This document shows positions 15,743 through 24,023 of a stretch of DNA of 64,000 bases, piece by piece. Source of the stretch: Planctomycetaceae bacterium (GTDB lineage: Bacteria > Planctomycetota > Phycisphaerae > Phycisphaerales > SM1A02); NCBI GenBank assembly GCA_021297815.1, contig JAJTGK010000004.1, positions 542 to 64,541 of the forward strand, given 5' to 3'. Numbering within the stretch: the first letter of the stretch is position 1; the number at the start of each line of letters is the position of its first letter. Under the pieces are notes generated by a model, which ran no database searches, was not told the DNA's origin, and saw only the letters and a list, made by a program, of their open reading frames with translations. The translations under genes were made by a program, and so were the position numbers.

Positions 15743-15916
15743 GAGCGGTCGCGACTCGCTTCGCTTTCGCGACCTTTCGCGGGGATGGCGCGGGGTTTGA
15801 GCGGTCGCGACTCGCTTCGCTTTCGCGACCTTTCGCGGGGATGGCGCGGGGTTTGAGCGGCCGCGACTCGCTTCGCTTTCGCGACCTTTCGCGGGGATGG
15901 CGCGGGGTTTGAGCGG
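15740..15916. repeat. 56-bp tandem repeat, 3 full copies plus a 9-bp fourth start, each with an internal hairpin
   Basis: Copies start at 15740, 15796, 15852 and 15908. The unit is TTTGAGCGGTCGCGACTCGCTTCGCTTTCGCGACCTTTCGCGGGGATGGCGCGGGG. It contains the inverted repeat GGTCGCGA/TCGCGACC around a 12-nt loop. Copy 3 has one T>C change. Confidence 0.9.
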
Positions 15917-15939
15917 AGGTGGCCACCGGGGAAGCGCCG

Positions 15940-16581
15940 CTACCACTCGATGGGCCTCTCGATGATGCCGAGGCTGTCGCGCAGGAAGTTCGGGAGCTGG
16001 CTGCTGGCGAGGTCCGAGCGTCGCACCGTCTTGAGAAACGACGCTTCCGTCGCGAGATGGTGCGATTGCCGACGAATGTGCGGGTTGATGATGCCGACGG
16101 GGATCCCGCCCACCGTCCGCGCGATCCGAACGGCGCTGCAGAGATCGCTGTCGTTCGACACGACCACCGCAGCTTCGAACCGTCGCGTCAAGGCGTGGTG
16201 CACGAGGTCCACGGCCAGGTTGACATCGGTGCCCTTCTCGACGGTCTGAAGGACGGTGACGAGATCGCCTGTCGTCCCATCGGGACGAAGAATCGGGAGC
16301 CGCCGCGATCCCGTGACATGACGGCCGAGCACCACCTCCACGCCTCCCGCCACGCGCTGCGCCCTCAGGTAGAGCTCATGCCGTTCGGCGATTCGACCGT
16401 CGGCTCCGCCGCGGTCATGCAGTGGCGCCGTGTACAGGAAGACCTGTGCAACCGCGTGCCTGCGACCAAGGATGTGCTGCGCCATGCGCCGCAGGTCGAC
16501 CCAGCGGATGCCATGCGGGCGCGCTGCGCCGTAGTAGAAGTTGAAACCGTCGATGTAGACGGCGGTCGGGACGCCGAGCAT
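15940..16581 (-). CDS. NYN-domain (LabA/DUF88-like, PIN-fold) putative RNase
   Basis: ATG 16581 with a GGGAGAAG SD. VYIDGFNFYYG, EKGTDVNLAVDL and VVSNDSDL acidic motifs typical of NYN domains. Confidence 0.8.
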   Translation of the reverse strand: MLGVPTAVYIDGFNFYYGAARPHGIRWVDLRRMAQHILGRRHAVAQVFLYTAPLHDRGGADGRIAERHELYLRAQRVAGGVEVVLGRHVTGSRRLPILRPDGTTGDLVTVLQTVEKGTDVNLAVDLVHHALTRRFEAAVVVSNDSDLCSAVRIARTVGGIPVGIINPHIRRQSHHLATEASFLKTVRRSDLASSQLPNFLRDSLGIIERPIEW

Positions 16582-16615
16582 GTCTTCTCCCTCGAGATGG
16601 CGGAATGATGTGACC

Positions 16616-16644
16616 AAAAAGTGCGAAGCCGCCTTGCGGCGGCT
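16616..16644 (-). terminator. probable intrinsic terminator or attenuator after the lectin gene
   Basis: On the minus strand, AGCCGCC GCAA GGCGGCU followed by UCGCACUUUUU. It sits only about 35 nt upstream of the NYN start. Confidence 0.5.
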
Positions 16645-16714
16645 CGCGGCGCGTGCACCCGAGCGGGCGCACGCTACTTCGAGTTCGACGGCGACCCGTG
16701 AAAATCGCCTTTTT

Positions 16715-17488
16715 TCATCCAGCGTTCGCTGGGCACGAACCCCACGAACCGAGCACGACCGCCAGGTCGCTGCCGTCGATCGCGCCGTCGTTGTTGCAGT
16801 CGGCGTCGGGGAACTTCGACCCCGACTGGCCCCATCGGGTGAGGACCGTCGCGAGGTCGATGCCGTCGACGGTGCCGTCATCGTTCGTGTCGCCAGGGCA
16901 GAAGCATGAAGTGCCCTGCTCGCAGCAGTCGGGGATGTTGTTCGCGTTCGAGTCTTCGAGGTCGCCGTTTCGGATCTGACCGAAGTCGACGATGCCGTCG
17001 GAGTTGCAGTCGGCGGACCATTCGATGACGCTGGCTCGAACCCATTGGCTCGGCGTGTCGTTCCAGAGGTTTGTTTGGACTGGATCCACGGCAAACTGCA
17101 ACGCACAATCCTGCGAGCCGAATCCCCCGTTGGGTTCTCCGGGCGCCCAGTTGGAGTAGGTGCTGGTCTCTCCCGTGACCCACGCATAGCTCGACGGCTC
17201 CGTGCATGCATTCGTTGCCGCTCGAGCGCCGAGCCATGCCGTTCCAGACTGGGGATGCACGAAGGCCCACACCCAGTCGCCCTCCTCTTCCGTCGTGATG
17301 GTTGCGAGATGGCCGCCCTTGGCAATCGCGCTGTCGCGCGCACTGACCCAGTCGAGCTGCCGAAGCTCAACGCGATACCAGTGCCCATTTCCCCCATCTT
17401 GCACACGCCATTGCGCCGCTTCCTGAGCCTGTGCGGCTGCGCCAAGTGCCAGTGTGCCGCCAACGGTCAAAGCAATCCAACGATTCAT
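16715..17488 (-). CDS. secreted C-type lectin domain protein with two dockerin-like modules
   Basis: Signal peptide MNRWIALTVGGTLALGAAAQA. CTLD features: WISARDSA-like, GGHLATI, WLG, the EPN triplet (17129..17137) and WND (17057..17065). The C-terminal modules are DTNDDGTVDGIDLATVLTRWG and CNNDGAIDGSDLAVVLGSWG. Confidence 0.8.
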   Translation of the reverse strand: MNRWIALTVGGTLALGAAAQAQEAAQWRVQDGGNGHWYRVELRQLDWVSARDSAIAKGGHLATITTEEEGDWVWAFVHPQSGTAWLGARAATNACTEPSSYAWVTGETSTYSNWAPGEPNGGFGSQDCALQFAVDPVQTNLWNDTPSQWVRASVIEWSADCNSDGIVDFGQIRNGDLEDSNANNIPDCCEQGTSCFCPGDTNDDGTVDGIDLATVLTRWGQSGSKFPDADCNNDGAIDGSDLAVVLGSWGSCPANAG

Positions 17489-17782
17489 CGCTTGCGACTC
17501 CATTCTTTCTCTCGCGTTGGCCACGGGAAACGGTGCCGTGAACCTCGTCGGTGGCGGGGATCCAAACCAAGCGGTTGCATGCACGGCGACGGCGGTGATT
17601 AGGAGAAAAGCCGAAACTGCAGTGCTCCGAGAACCGCGGGGTTCCGCGAGGTCGAGGATGCGGGCGGCTGAGTCGGGGTCCATCGCGGGCATCATGGCGG
17701 GTTCTCGGGGAATCCACAGGCGCGGCATTGGTGCGGCGCGGGCGGCAGATTGGTGTGTGATTCCCATTGCTTCCGAGGCGGA

Positions 17783-18814
17783 ATGGGAAGCAACCTCTCG
17801 CCCATGCGCGGCTGGGTCTCGCAGCCAGGGTCGGCGGCGGTGCTGCTGCCGCTGCCAGCGGGCGCCGCGAGCTCGTGGGCGAGCGACATCAACGACCAGG
17901 GTGTGATCGTGGGTGTCGCAAGCGCGTCCTCGTCGCCAGAGTTCAACGGTCGCGCGGTGGCGTGGGTGCCGAACGCCAAGGGCGGCTACACGGTGCATGA
18001 GCTCGGCGCGCTCTCGGGCAACTCGATCAGCCACGCGGCGGCGCTCAACAACCTCGGCGACATCGTGGGCTACTCCTCGAACGGAACCTACCGCACCGCG
18101 ACGCTCTTCCGCGTGGGAGCGCCGCCCGTCAACCTCGGCGTGGCGGGGCTCTTCGACCCGCAGGATGTCAACGAAGGTCGCGTCGTGGTGGATCGGTCGT
18201 TCACCTGCCGAAAGCTCGACCTCGACACCATGGTGATGGAGGACCTCGGCACGCCCGGGCTGGGCTACCTCGCCTCGACCGCGACGGCGGTGAACGAACA
18301 CGAGCAGGTCGCGGGGCTTGTGATCCGCGCGACCTCGACCTCCTGCGACCGCGAGGCCGCGGTGCACGACGGCGACGCGGGCTGGCAGGTGCTCAGCGTG
18401 TGCGGGCCGTACAACGGTGCGCAGGACATCAACGACCGAGGCGACATCGTGATGACGGTGCAGCTCTCGCCGTATCTGCGCATCGTTGGCGAAGGAACCT
18501 TCCCGATCGAATTGCTCATCGATGCGCCGACGGGCTCGTGGGCTCCCTTCACGCTGACGGCGCTCTCGATCAACAACAGGCGCCAGATCGCGATGAGCGC
18601 GACGAACAACGCGCTCGGCCTTGCGGGCTGCGTGCGCCTGACGCCGACGGGCATCGCGGAAGACATCGACGGCGACGGACGCGTGGACGCCTCGGACCTC
18701 GGCATGCTGCTCGCGCAGTGGGGCCCGTGCATGGGCTGTGCCGCCGATCTCGACGGCGACGGGCTTGTCGGCGCGCAGGACCTCGCCGCGCTGCTCGCGG
18801 CGTGGGGCGCGTAA
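17783..18814 (+). CDS. HAF-repeat protein with two dockerin-like modules
   Basis: Repeated ..A.[DA]IN[DN].G.IVG.. units (SDINDQGVIVG, ALNNLGDIVG, AVNEHEQVAG, QDINDRGDIV, SINNRRQIA). The C-terminal modules are DIDGDGRVDASDLGMLLAQWG and DLDGDGLVGAQDLAALLAAWG. No obvious signal peptide. Start uncertain (TTG 17750, ATG 17783 or 17804). Confidence 0.7.
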   Translation: MGSNLSPMRGWVSQPGSAAVLLPLPAGAASSWASDINDQGVIVGVASASSSPEFNGRAVAWVPNAKGGYTVHELGALSGNSISHAAALNNLGDIVGYSSNGTYRTATLFRVGAPPVNLGVAGLFDPQDVNEGRVVVDRSFTCRKLDLDTMVMEDLGTPGLGYLASTATAVNEHEQVAGLVIRATSTSCDREAAVHDGDAGWQVLSVCGPYNGAQDINDRGDIVMTVQLSPYLRIVGEGTFPIELLIDAPTGSWAPFTLTALSINNRRQIAMSATNNALGLAGCVRLTPTGIAEDIDGDGRVDASDLGMLLAQWGPCMGCAADLDGDGLVGAQDLAALLAAWGA

Positions 18815-18831
18815 CCGCCGCACGCAACGCG

Positions 18832-19533
18832 CTAGCCGAGCACGGACCGAACGCGCGCGAGCTCGGCGTCGAGCTCCGCGTCGGGCACGCCTTCCTCGCG
18901 CAGGAGTTCGGCGAGCGCGGCGCGCACGCGCTGCGCCACGAGCCGCGTCGCGCCCGCGCATTGCTGCTCGGTGCGGCCGAAGTCGCGCGCGAACTGGCCG
19001 TACGGCCGCCCGTCGATTGCGTGGCGGCGGAAGATCTCGAAGTCGTCCGAGCGGCCCTCGGTGCGCAGCGCGTCCTCGGCGCGCGCGGTCGCCTCGCGCA
19101 CGATCGCGAGCGCCCAGGCGCGCTCGAAGTCGGCCTCGGCCGAGGCGCCGCCGTCGAGCCGTTGTTCGAGCGCAGCGGGCTCGGCGAACGAACCACGCTG
19201 CGCCTCGCGCGCACGGTCGCGCGCGACGCCCTGCCCGTAGAAGAGCAGGCCGTTCATCAGCCAGCGGCGCAGGCGCATGCCGCTCCTCGACCATGCGGCA
19301 AGAAACGCCGCGTCCGAGAGCCTTGCCGCGAAGAAGCCATTGACGAGGTCGTCGGCGTCGCCGAGCCGCGCCAGGCTCGACCCACGCACAAACACCGCGA
19401 GCGGCTCGGCATAGCGCTCCATCACATGTCGCCGCGCCTCTGACGCACCTGCACCGCGCGCATCGGCGCCGTCGCCGACGAGCGTGACAAGCCAGGTGGC
19501 ATGGGTGGTGGGAAACACGGACCGATCGGACAT
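18832..19533 (-). CDS. ECF-like sigma-70 family factor (planctomycete type)
   Basis: ATG 19533. Region-2-like ..RYAEPLAVFVRGSSLARLGDADDLVNGFFAARL.. and region-4-like ..DGRPYGQFARDFGRTEQQCAGATRLVAQRVRAAL... Confidence 0.65.
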   Translation of the reverse strand: MSDRSVFPTTHATWLVTLVGDGADARGAGASEARRHVMERYAEPLAVFVRGSSLARLGDADDLVNGFFAARLSDAAFLAAWSRSGMRLRRWLMNGLLFYGQGVARDRAREAQRGSFAEPAALEQRLDGGASAEADFERAWALAIVREATARAEDALRTEGRSDDFEIFRRHAIDGRPYGQFARDFGRTEQQCAGATRLVAQRVRAALAELLREEGVPDAELDAELARVRSVLG

Positions 19534-19668
19534 ATTCACGCGCCCTTCGCAGGCAGTCTTTCTGCGCCCATTCGGCGCGCCCCCGCGGGAAACATCCCGC
19601 CCCTTCAACCTATCATGCGACCCTTCCGCACGGCGGCCGCCGTGGGAAGCAACCGCAGGAACCCAACG

Positions 19669-21624
19669 ATGTCGGACACGAACCTCGCCAAGGACCTCAA
19701 GAACGTCTCGGAGAAGGACCGCAAGCAGATCGAGCAGGCCCAGGAGATGCTCGGCCCCGATCCGAAGACGATGGGCGTGATCAAGAATGTCTTCTGGGGG
19801 AACTTCCGCGAGGAGCTCGTGTTCCCCTACCCCGTCAACTCGGCCGAGGAGACGGCGAAGTGCGACCAGCTGCTGGCCGCGCTCGACGAATACCTGAAGA
19901 GCGAGCACCCCTCGATCGAGATCGACCAGAAGCAGGAGATCCCGCAGTGGGTCATCCAGAAGCTGTTCGACCTCGGCGTGCTCGGCATGACCATCCCCAA
20001 GGAGTACGGCGGCCTCGGGCTCGGCATCACGAGCTACAACCGCGTGCTCGAGCGCCTCGGCCGCTCGTGCGGCTCGACCGCCGTGCTCGTGTCGGCGCAC
20101 CAGTCGATCGGCTGCAAGGCCGTCATGCTCTTCGGCAACGACGAGCAGAAGAAGCGCTTCCTGCCGCTGATGGCGAAGTCGACGCTGAGCGCGTTCTGCC
20201 TCTCGGAGCCGAATGTCGGCTGCGACGCAGGCGGCCAGGAGACGCGCTGCGAGCTCTCGCCGTGCGGCAAGTTCTACATCCTGAACGGCGAGAAGAAGTG
20301 GGCGACCTCGGGCGCGCTCTCGGGCCTGTTCACGGTGATGGCGAAGCAGAAGATCACCGATCCGAAGACGGGCAAGGCGAAGGACGCGGTCACCGCGCTC
20401 ATCTGCACGCCCGACATGGAGGGCGTCGACATCTTCAGCCGCAACCGCTCGAAGTGCGGCATCCGCGGCACCTGGCAGGCGCGCATCCGCCTGAAGGATG
20501 TGAAGGTGCCCAGGGAGAACCTGCTCTTCAAGGAGGGCAAGGGCCTGAATGTCGCGCTGACCTGCCTGAACTACGGACGCTGCACGCTGTCGGCGGGCAT
20601 GCTGGGCGCGGCACGCTACTCGTTCGAGCAGGCCACCAAGTGGGCGAAGTCGCGCCATCAGTTCGACCGCGCGCTCGGCGACTTCGACCTCGTGCAGGAG
20701 AAGGTCGCGCGCATGGCCGCGTATGTCTACGCGATGGACGCGATGCTCTACATGACGACGGGCTTCCTCGACCGTCATGACGAGGACATCATGCTCGAGA
20801 CCGCGATGTGCAAGGTCTTCTGCAGCGAGTTCGGCTACCGCACGGTGAACGACGCGCTCCAGATCATGGGCGGCGAGAGCTACATGACGGAGAACCATGT
20901 CGAGCGCATGTGGCGCGACTCGCGCATCAACATCATCGTCGAGGGCGCGAACGAGGTCATGCACTCGTTCATCTTCGCGTACGGCTCGAAGCAGCTCGGC
21001 GAGTACCTGCTGAAGGTGAAGGCGAACCCGTTCGCGCACCTCGGCACGGCGATGCAGGTCGGCGCCGAGCTCTTCCTCGGCGTGCGGCGCGGCGCGCCCG
21101 CGTGCACCAAGGTGCATCCGCGGCTGCGCGGCGCGGCCGACGGGATGATGCTCATGATCCAGGAGCACAGCCACTGCGTGAAGCGCATGTTCCAGCGCCA
21201 CCAGGAGGGCCTGATCTCGAACCAGACCATCCAGGCGCGGCTCTCGATGAGCGCGCTGTGGATCCACGCGGCCACCTGCACGCTGTCGCGCTGCGACGCG
21301 AACCTGCGCGCGGGCCTCGACGGCGTGGCGGCCGAGCGCGAGCTCGCGGTGGTCGAGTTCCTGTGCGCGATGGCGCGCAGCGAGCAGGCGGCGGAGCTCC
21401 GCGCGCTCGATGTGCACAACGACGCGTCGATGAAGCGCGCGGCGGCGGCGGCGTTCGCGGCCTCGGATCTCCTTCCGAACGCGAACTACGCGATGCCCGA
21501 GAAGACCCCCGACCAGAAGTACTTCGGCACCGGCCGAAGCGTCGCCTCGCAGCAGGCCGCGATCCCGCAGTTCGGATCGGGCTCCGTGTACGCGGGCGAT
21601 ATGACCGCGCTGAAGTCCCACTGA
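19669..21624 (+). CDS. acyl-CoA dehydrogenase, VLCAD/ACAD9-like with C-terminal extension
   Basis: ATG 19669 with an AGGA SD. ..KEYGGLGLG.., ..SAFCLSEPNVGCDAG.., ..YILNGEKKWATSG.., ..QIMGGESYM.., ..IVEGANEV.., plus about 200 extra C-terminal residues as in very-long-chain ACADs. Confidence 0.88.
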   Translation: MSDTNLAKDLKNVSEKDRKQIEQAQEMLGPDPKTMGVIKNVFWGNFREELVFPYPVNSAEETAKCDQLLAALDEYLKSEHPSIEIDQKQEIPQWVIQKLFDLGVLGMTIPKEYGGLGLGITSYNRVLERLGRSCGSTAVLVSAHQSIGCKAVMLFGNDEQKKRFLPLMAKSTLSAFCLSEPNVGCDAGGQETRCELSPCGKFYILNGEKKWATSGALSGLFTVMAKQKITDPKTGKAKDAVTALICTPDMEGVDIFSRNRSKCGIRGTWQARIRLKDVKVPRENLLFKEGKGLNVALTCLNYGRCTLSAGMLGAARYSFEQATKWAKSRHQFDRALGDFDLVQEKVARMAAYVYAMDAMLYMTTGFLDRHDEDIMLETAMCKVFCSEFGYRTVNDALQIMGGESYMTENHVERMWRDSRINIIVEGANEVMHSFIFAYGSKQLGEYLLKVKANPFAHLGTAMQVGAELFLGVRRGAPACTKVHPRLRGAADGMMLMIQEHSHCVKRMFQRHQEGLISNQTIQARLSMSALWIHAATCTLSRCDANLRAGLDGVAAERELAVVEFLCAMARSEQAAELRALDVHNDASMKRAAAAAFAASDLLPNANYAMPEKTPDQKYFGTGRSVASQQAAIPQFGSGSVYAGDMTALKSH

Positions 21625-21717
21625 GCACGCGCAGCCCGCCCGCAACGATTCGGGGCAGGCCGCTATCTTTCCCGTCCGTCCGTTCTCCCGCATCGAACCC
21701 AGAGGTTGCCTGCCGTG

Positions 21718-22812
21718 ATGAATGTGCTTGAAGAGATGCAGTCCTACGGCCACGAGCGCGTGGCCTTCCACCACGACGCGAAGACGGGCCTCAGGGCCAT
21801 CATCGCGATCCACTCGACCGCGCTCGGCAACGCGCTCGGCGGCACGCGCCGCTGGGCGTACGCGACCGAGGAGGACGCGCTGTACGACGTGCTCCGCCTC
21901 TCGGAGGGCATGACCTACAAGGCGGCCGCGTCGGGTCTGGCGATGGGCGGCGCGAAGAGCGTGATCATCATCCCGAAGGCGGGCCAGCAGCCGACCGAGG
22001 CCGAGGCGCGCGCGATGGGCCGCTTCGTCGACACCTTCGCGGGCAAGTACATCGCCGCCGAGGATGTGGGCGTGAGCCCGCAGTTCTGCGACTGGATGGC
22101 GCTCGAGACGAAGCATGTCATGGGCGGCAACACCGTGAGCCACGGCGGCGACCCGTCGCCGTACACGGCGCAGGGCTGCTTCAACTCGATGAAGGCGTGC
22201 CTGGCCCACACGGGCCGCAAGGTCGACTTCTCGAACCTGACCGTGGCCATCCAGGGCTGCGGCGCGACGGGCTACAAGCTCGCGAAGCTCCTGCGCGCCG
22301 AGGGCGCGGCGGTGCTCGTGACCGATGTGCATGTGCCGACCATGAAGCGCGCCGTCGAGGAGCTCGGCTGTGTGGCGCTCGGCAACGACAAGAACCTCTT
22401 CGAGGAGAAGGTCGACATCCTGGCGCCGTGCGCGCTCGGCGGCATCCTCGACGCGGGCACGATCCAGCACCTCAAGTGCAGCATCGTGTGCGGCACGGCG
22501 AACAACCAGCTGCGCGACCCGCAGGCCGACGGCGAGCTGCTCGCCAAGCGCGGCATCTGCTACGCCCCCGACTTCGTGGCGAACGCGGGCGGCCTGATCC
22601 GCCTCGCGGGCCTGTACCTCGGCATGACCGAGGGCGAGATCGACCACAAGATCATCGAGATCGAGACCACGACCGCCGAGGTGCTGAAGCAGGCGGGCTC
22701 GGGCTCGACGGGCGCGGCCGCCATCGCCTTCGCGAAGTCGAAGATCGCGGCGGGCGCGGCGAAGAAGCAGCTCGCGGGCGCGGGCTGCGGCTCGGGCTGC
22801 GGCTGCCACTGA
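21718..22812 (+). CDS. ldh: leucine dehydrogenase (Glu/Leu/Phe/Val dehydrogenase family)
   Basis: ..HSTALGNALGGTRRWAY.., the catalytic-Lys region ..GLAMGGAKSVII.., and the Rossmann motif ..IQGCGATGYKL... It has an unusual C-terminal tail AGAGCGSGCGCH. Confidence 0.88.
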   Translation: MNVLEEMQSYGHERVAFHHDAKTGLRAIIAIHSTALGNALGGTRRWAYATEEDALYDVLRLSEGMTYKAAASGLAMGGAKSVIIIPKAGQQPTEAEARAMGRFVDTFAGKYIAAEDVGVSPQFCDWMALETKHVMGGNTVSHGGDPSPYTAQGCFNSMKACLAHTGRKVDFSNLTVAIQGCGATGYKLAKLLRAEGAAVLVTDVHVPTMKRAVEELGCVALGNDKNLFEEKVDILAPCALGGILDAGTIQHLKCSIVCGTANNQLRDPQADGELLAKRGICYAPDFVANAGGLIRLAGLYLGMTEGEIDHKIIEIETTTAEVLKQAGSGSTGAAAIAFAKSKIAAGAAKKQLAGAGCGSGCGCH

Positions 22813-22847
22813 GCGAGCGGCGTCGAACACGCTGACGGAAACCAAAG

Positions 22848-22880
22848 GCGGCCCCGCGAAGGCGGGGTCGCTTTCTTTTT
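22848..22880 (+). terminator. intrinsic terminator after ldh
   Basis: GCGGCCCCGC GAAG GCGGGGTCGC (10-bp stem) followed by TTTCTTTTT. Confidence 0.8.
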
Positions 22881-22943
22881 CGCAATGCGTCGCCGCTCAT
22901 CCCACGAAGGCAGGAGCCGCGCCGCGTCCGTATCCTCGCGCGC

Positions 22944-23537
22944 ATGGGCACGAAGCCTTCCGAGCGATGCTGGTGGTGCGGCACCGACCCCGTGTATGTC
23001 GAGTACCACGACACGGAGTGGGGCGTGCCTGTCGTCGACGACCGGGCGCTGTACGCGAAGCTCGTGCTCGATGGCTTCCAGGCGGGGCTTTCGTGGATCA
23101 CGATCCTGAAGAAGCGCGAGGCGTTCGAGAAGGCGTTCACGGGATTCGACCCCGAGAAGGTGGCGCGGTTCGGCGAGCGTGATGTGGCGCGTCTGCTGAA
23201 GGACGAGGGCATCGTGCGTTCGCGCGCGAAGATCGAGGGCGCGGTGAAGAACGCGCGCCTGTGGCTCGAGGTCATGGAGACTGGCGACGGCGCGTTCCGC
23301 GACCTCTTGTGGGAGGCGGTCGGACACCGCACGGTCGACACGCGCCTTGCGCGACGGCAGGACATCCGCGCCGAGAGCCCCGAGAGCGTGCGGCTTGCCA
23401 AGACGCTCAAGAAGCGCGGGTTCGTGTTCTGCGGGCCCGTGATCGTCTACGCGTTCATGCAGGCGGTCGGCATGTACAACGACCACCTCGTGACCTGTCC
23501 GCGGCACCGCGCATGTGCGCGGATTGCGCGGAAGTAG
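22944..23537 (+). CDS. tag: DNA-3-methyladenine glycosylase I
   Basis: ..RCWWCGTDPVYVEYHDTEWGVP.., ..LDGFQAGLSWITILKKREAF.., and C-terminal ..NDHLVTCPRH.. zinc ligands. Confidence 0.9.
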   Translation: MGTKPSERCWWCGTDPVYVEYHDTEWGVPVVDDRALYAKLVLDGFQAGLSWITILKKREAFEKAFTGFDPEKVARFGERDVARLLKDEGIVRSRAKIEGAVKNARLWLEVMETGDGAFRDLLWEAVGHRTVDTRLARRQDIRAESPESVRLAKTLKKRGFVFCGPVIVYAFMQAVGMYNDHLVTCPRHRACARIARK

Positions 23538-23693
23538 GTCTGGGCAAGGCCCGTGCGCCGCACGCCGACGGGCGTGTGACTGCACGCGCAAGCCGACCTG
23601 GAGGCCACGCGCCGCGACGATGCCCGCAACCCGCCGCGGACGCCGCGAGGTGCGGCGGCCGCGGCGGGCAGGCAAGGCGCTTGGTCGCGGCCG

Positions 23694-24023
23694 CTACGCC
23701 GTCTCGTTGGGTGTTGTGTACGCGAGGTAGATCTGCATGTACGCCGACTGCAGCTCGGGCGAGTAGCCGCGCAGGATCAGGAACATCTGGAAGGCTCCCG
23801 CGCTGTCGATCGCCGCCGGGCTCTGGTCGAGCCAGTCGAGGTACTGCGGATACACGCTTGAGAAGAAGACCCGCGCAAGGTTCAGCCGAGGAAGCCCCCC
23901 GCCAGCGCCATCGCGCGGTGGCGGAGGTGCGCCGCCCTCACCGCGCGCGAAGTCCACGGCGCAGAGCGCCGAGGCGGCACCGAGGCATGCGGCGAGCACG
24001 ATCGTGGACATGGATCGCCTCAT
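23694..24023 (-). CDS. small secreted or lipo-protein (109 aa), unknown function
   Basis: ATG 24023 overlaps the stop of the upstream gene by 4 nt. The signal peptide MRRSMSTIVLAACLGAASA has both a LAAC lipobox-like site and an ASA site. A Gly/Pro linker precedes a Tyr/Gln/Leu-rich C-terminal half. Confidence 0.6.
   Translation of the reverse strand: MRRSMSTIVLAACLGAASALCAVDFARGEGGAPPPPRDGAGGGLPRLNLARVFFSSVYPQYLDWLDQSPAAIDSAGAFQMFLILRGYSPELQSAYMQIYLAYTTPNETA

Noticed and set aside
15740-15916. A CRISPR array was considered for the 56-bp repeats
   Set aside because: The copies are directly head-to-tail with no spacers, and no cas genes are in the window. It is a plain tandem repeat.
18832-22845. 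1337-aa minus-strand ORF
   Set aside because: Only 18832..19533 (the ECF-like sigma) is credible. The remainder is antisense to the acyl-CoA dehydrogenase and leucine dehydrogenase genes, both of which have clear family motifs.
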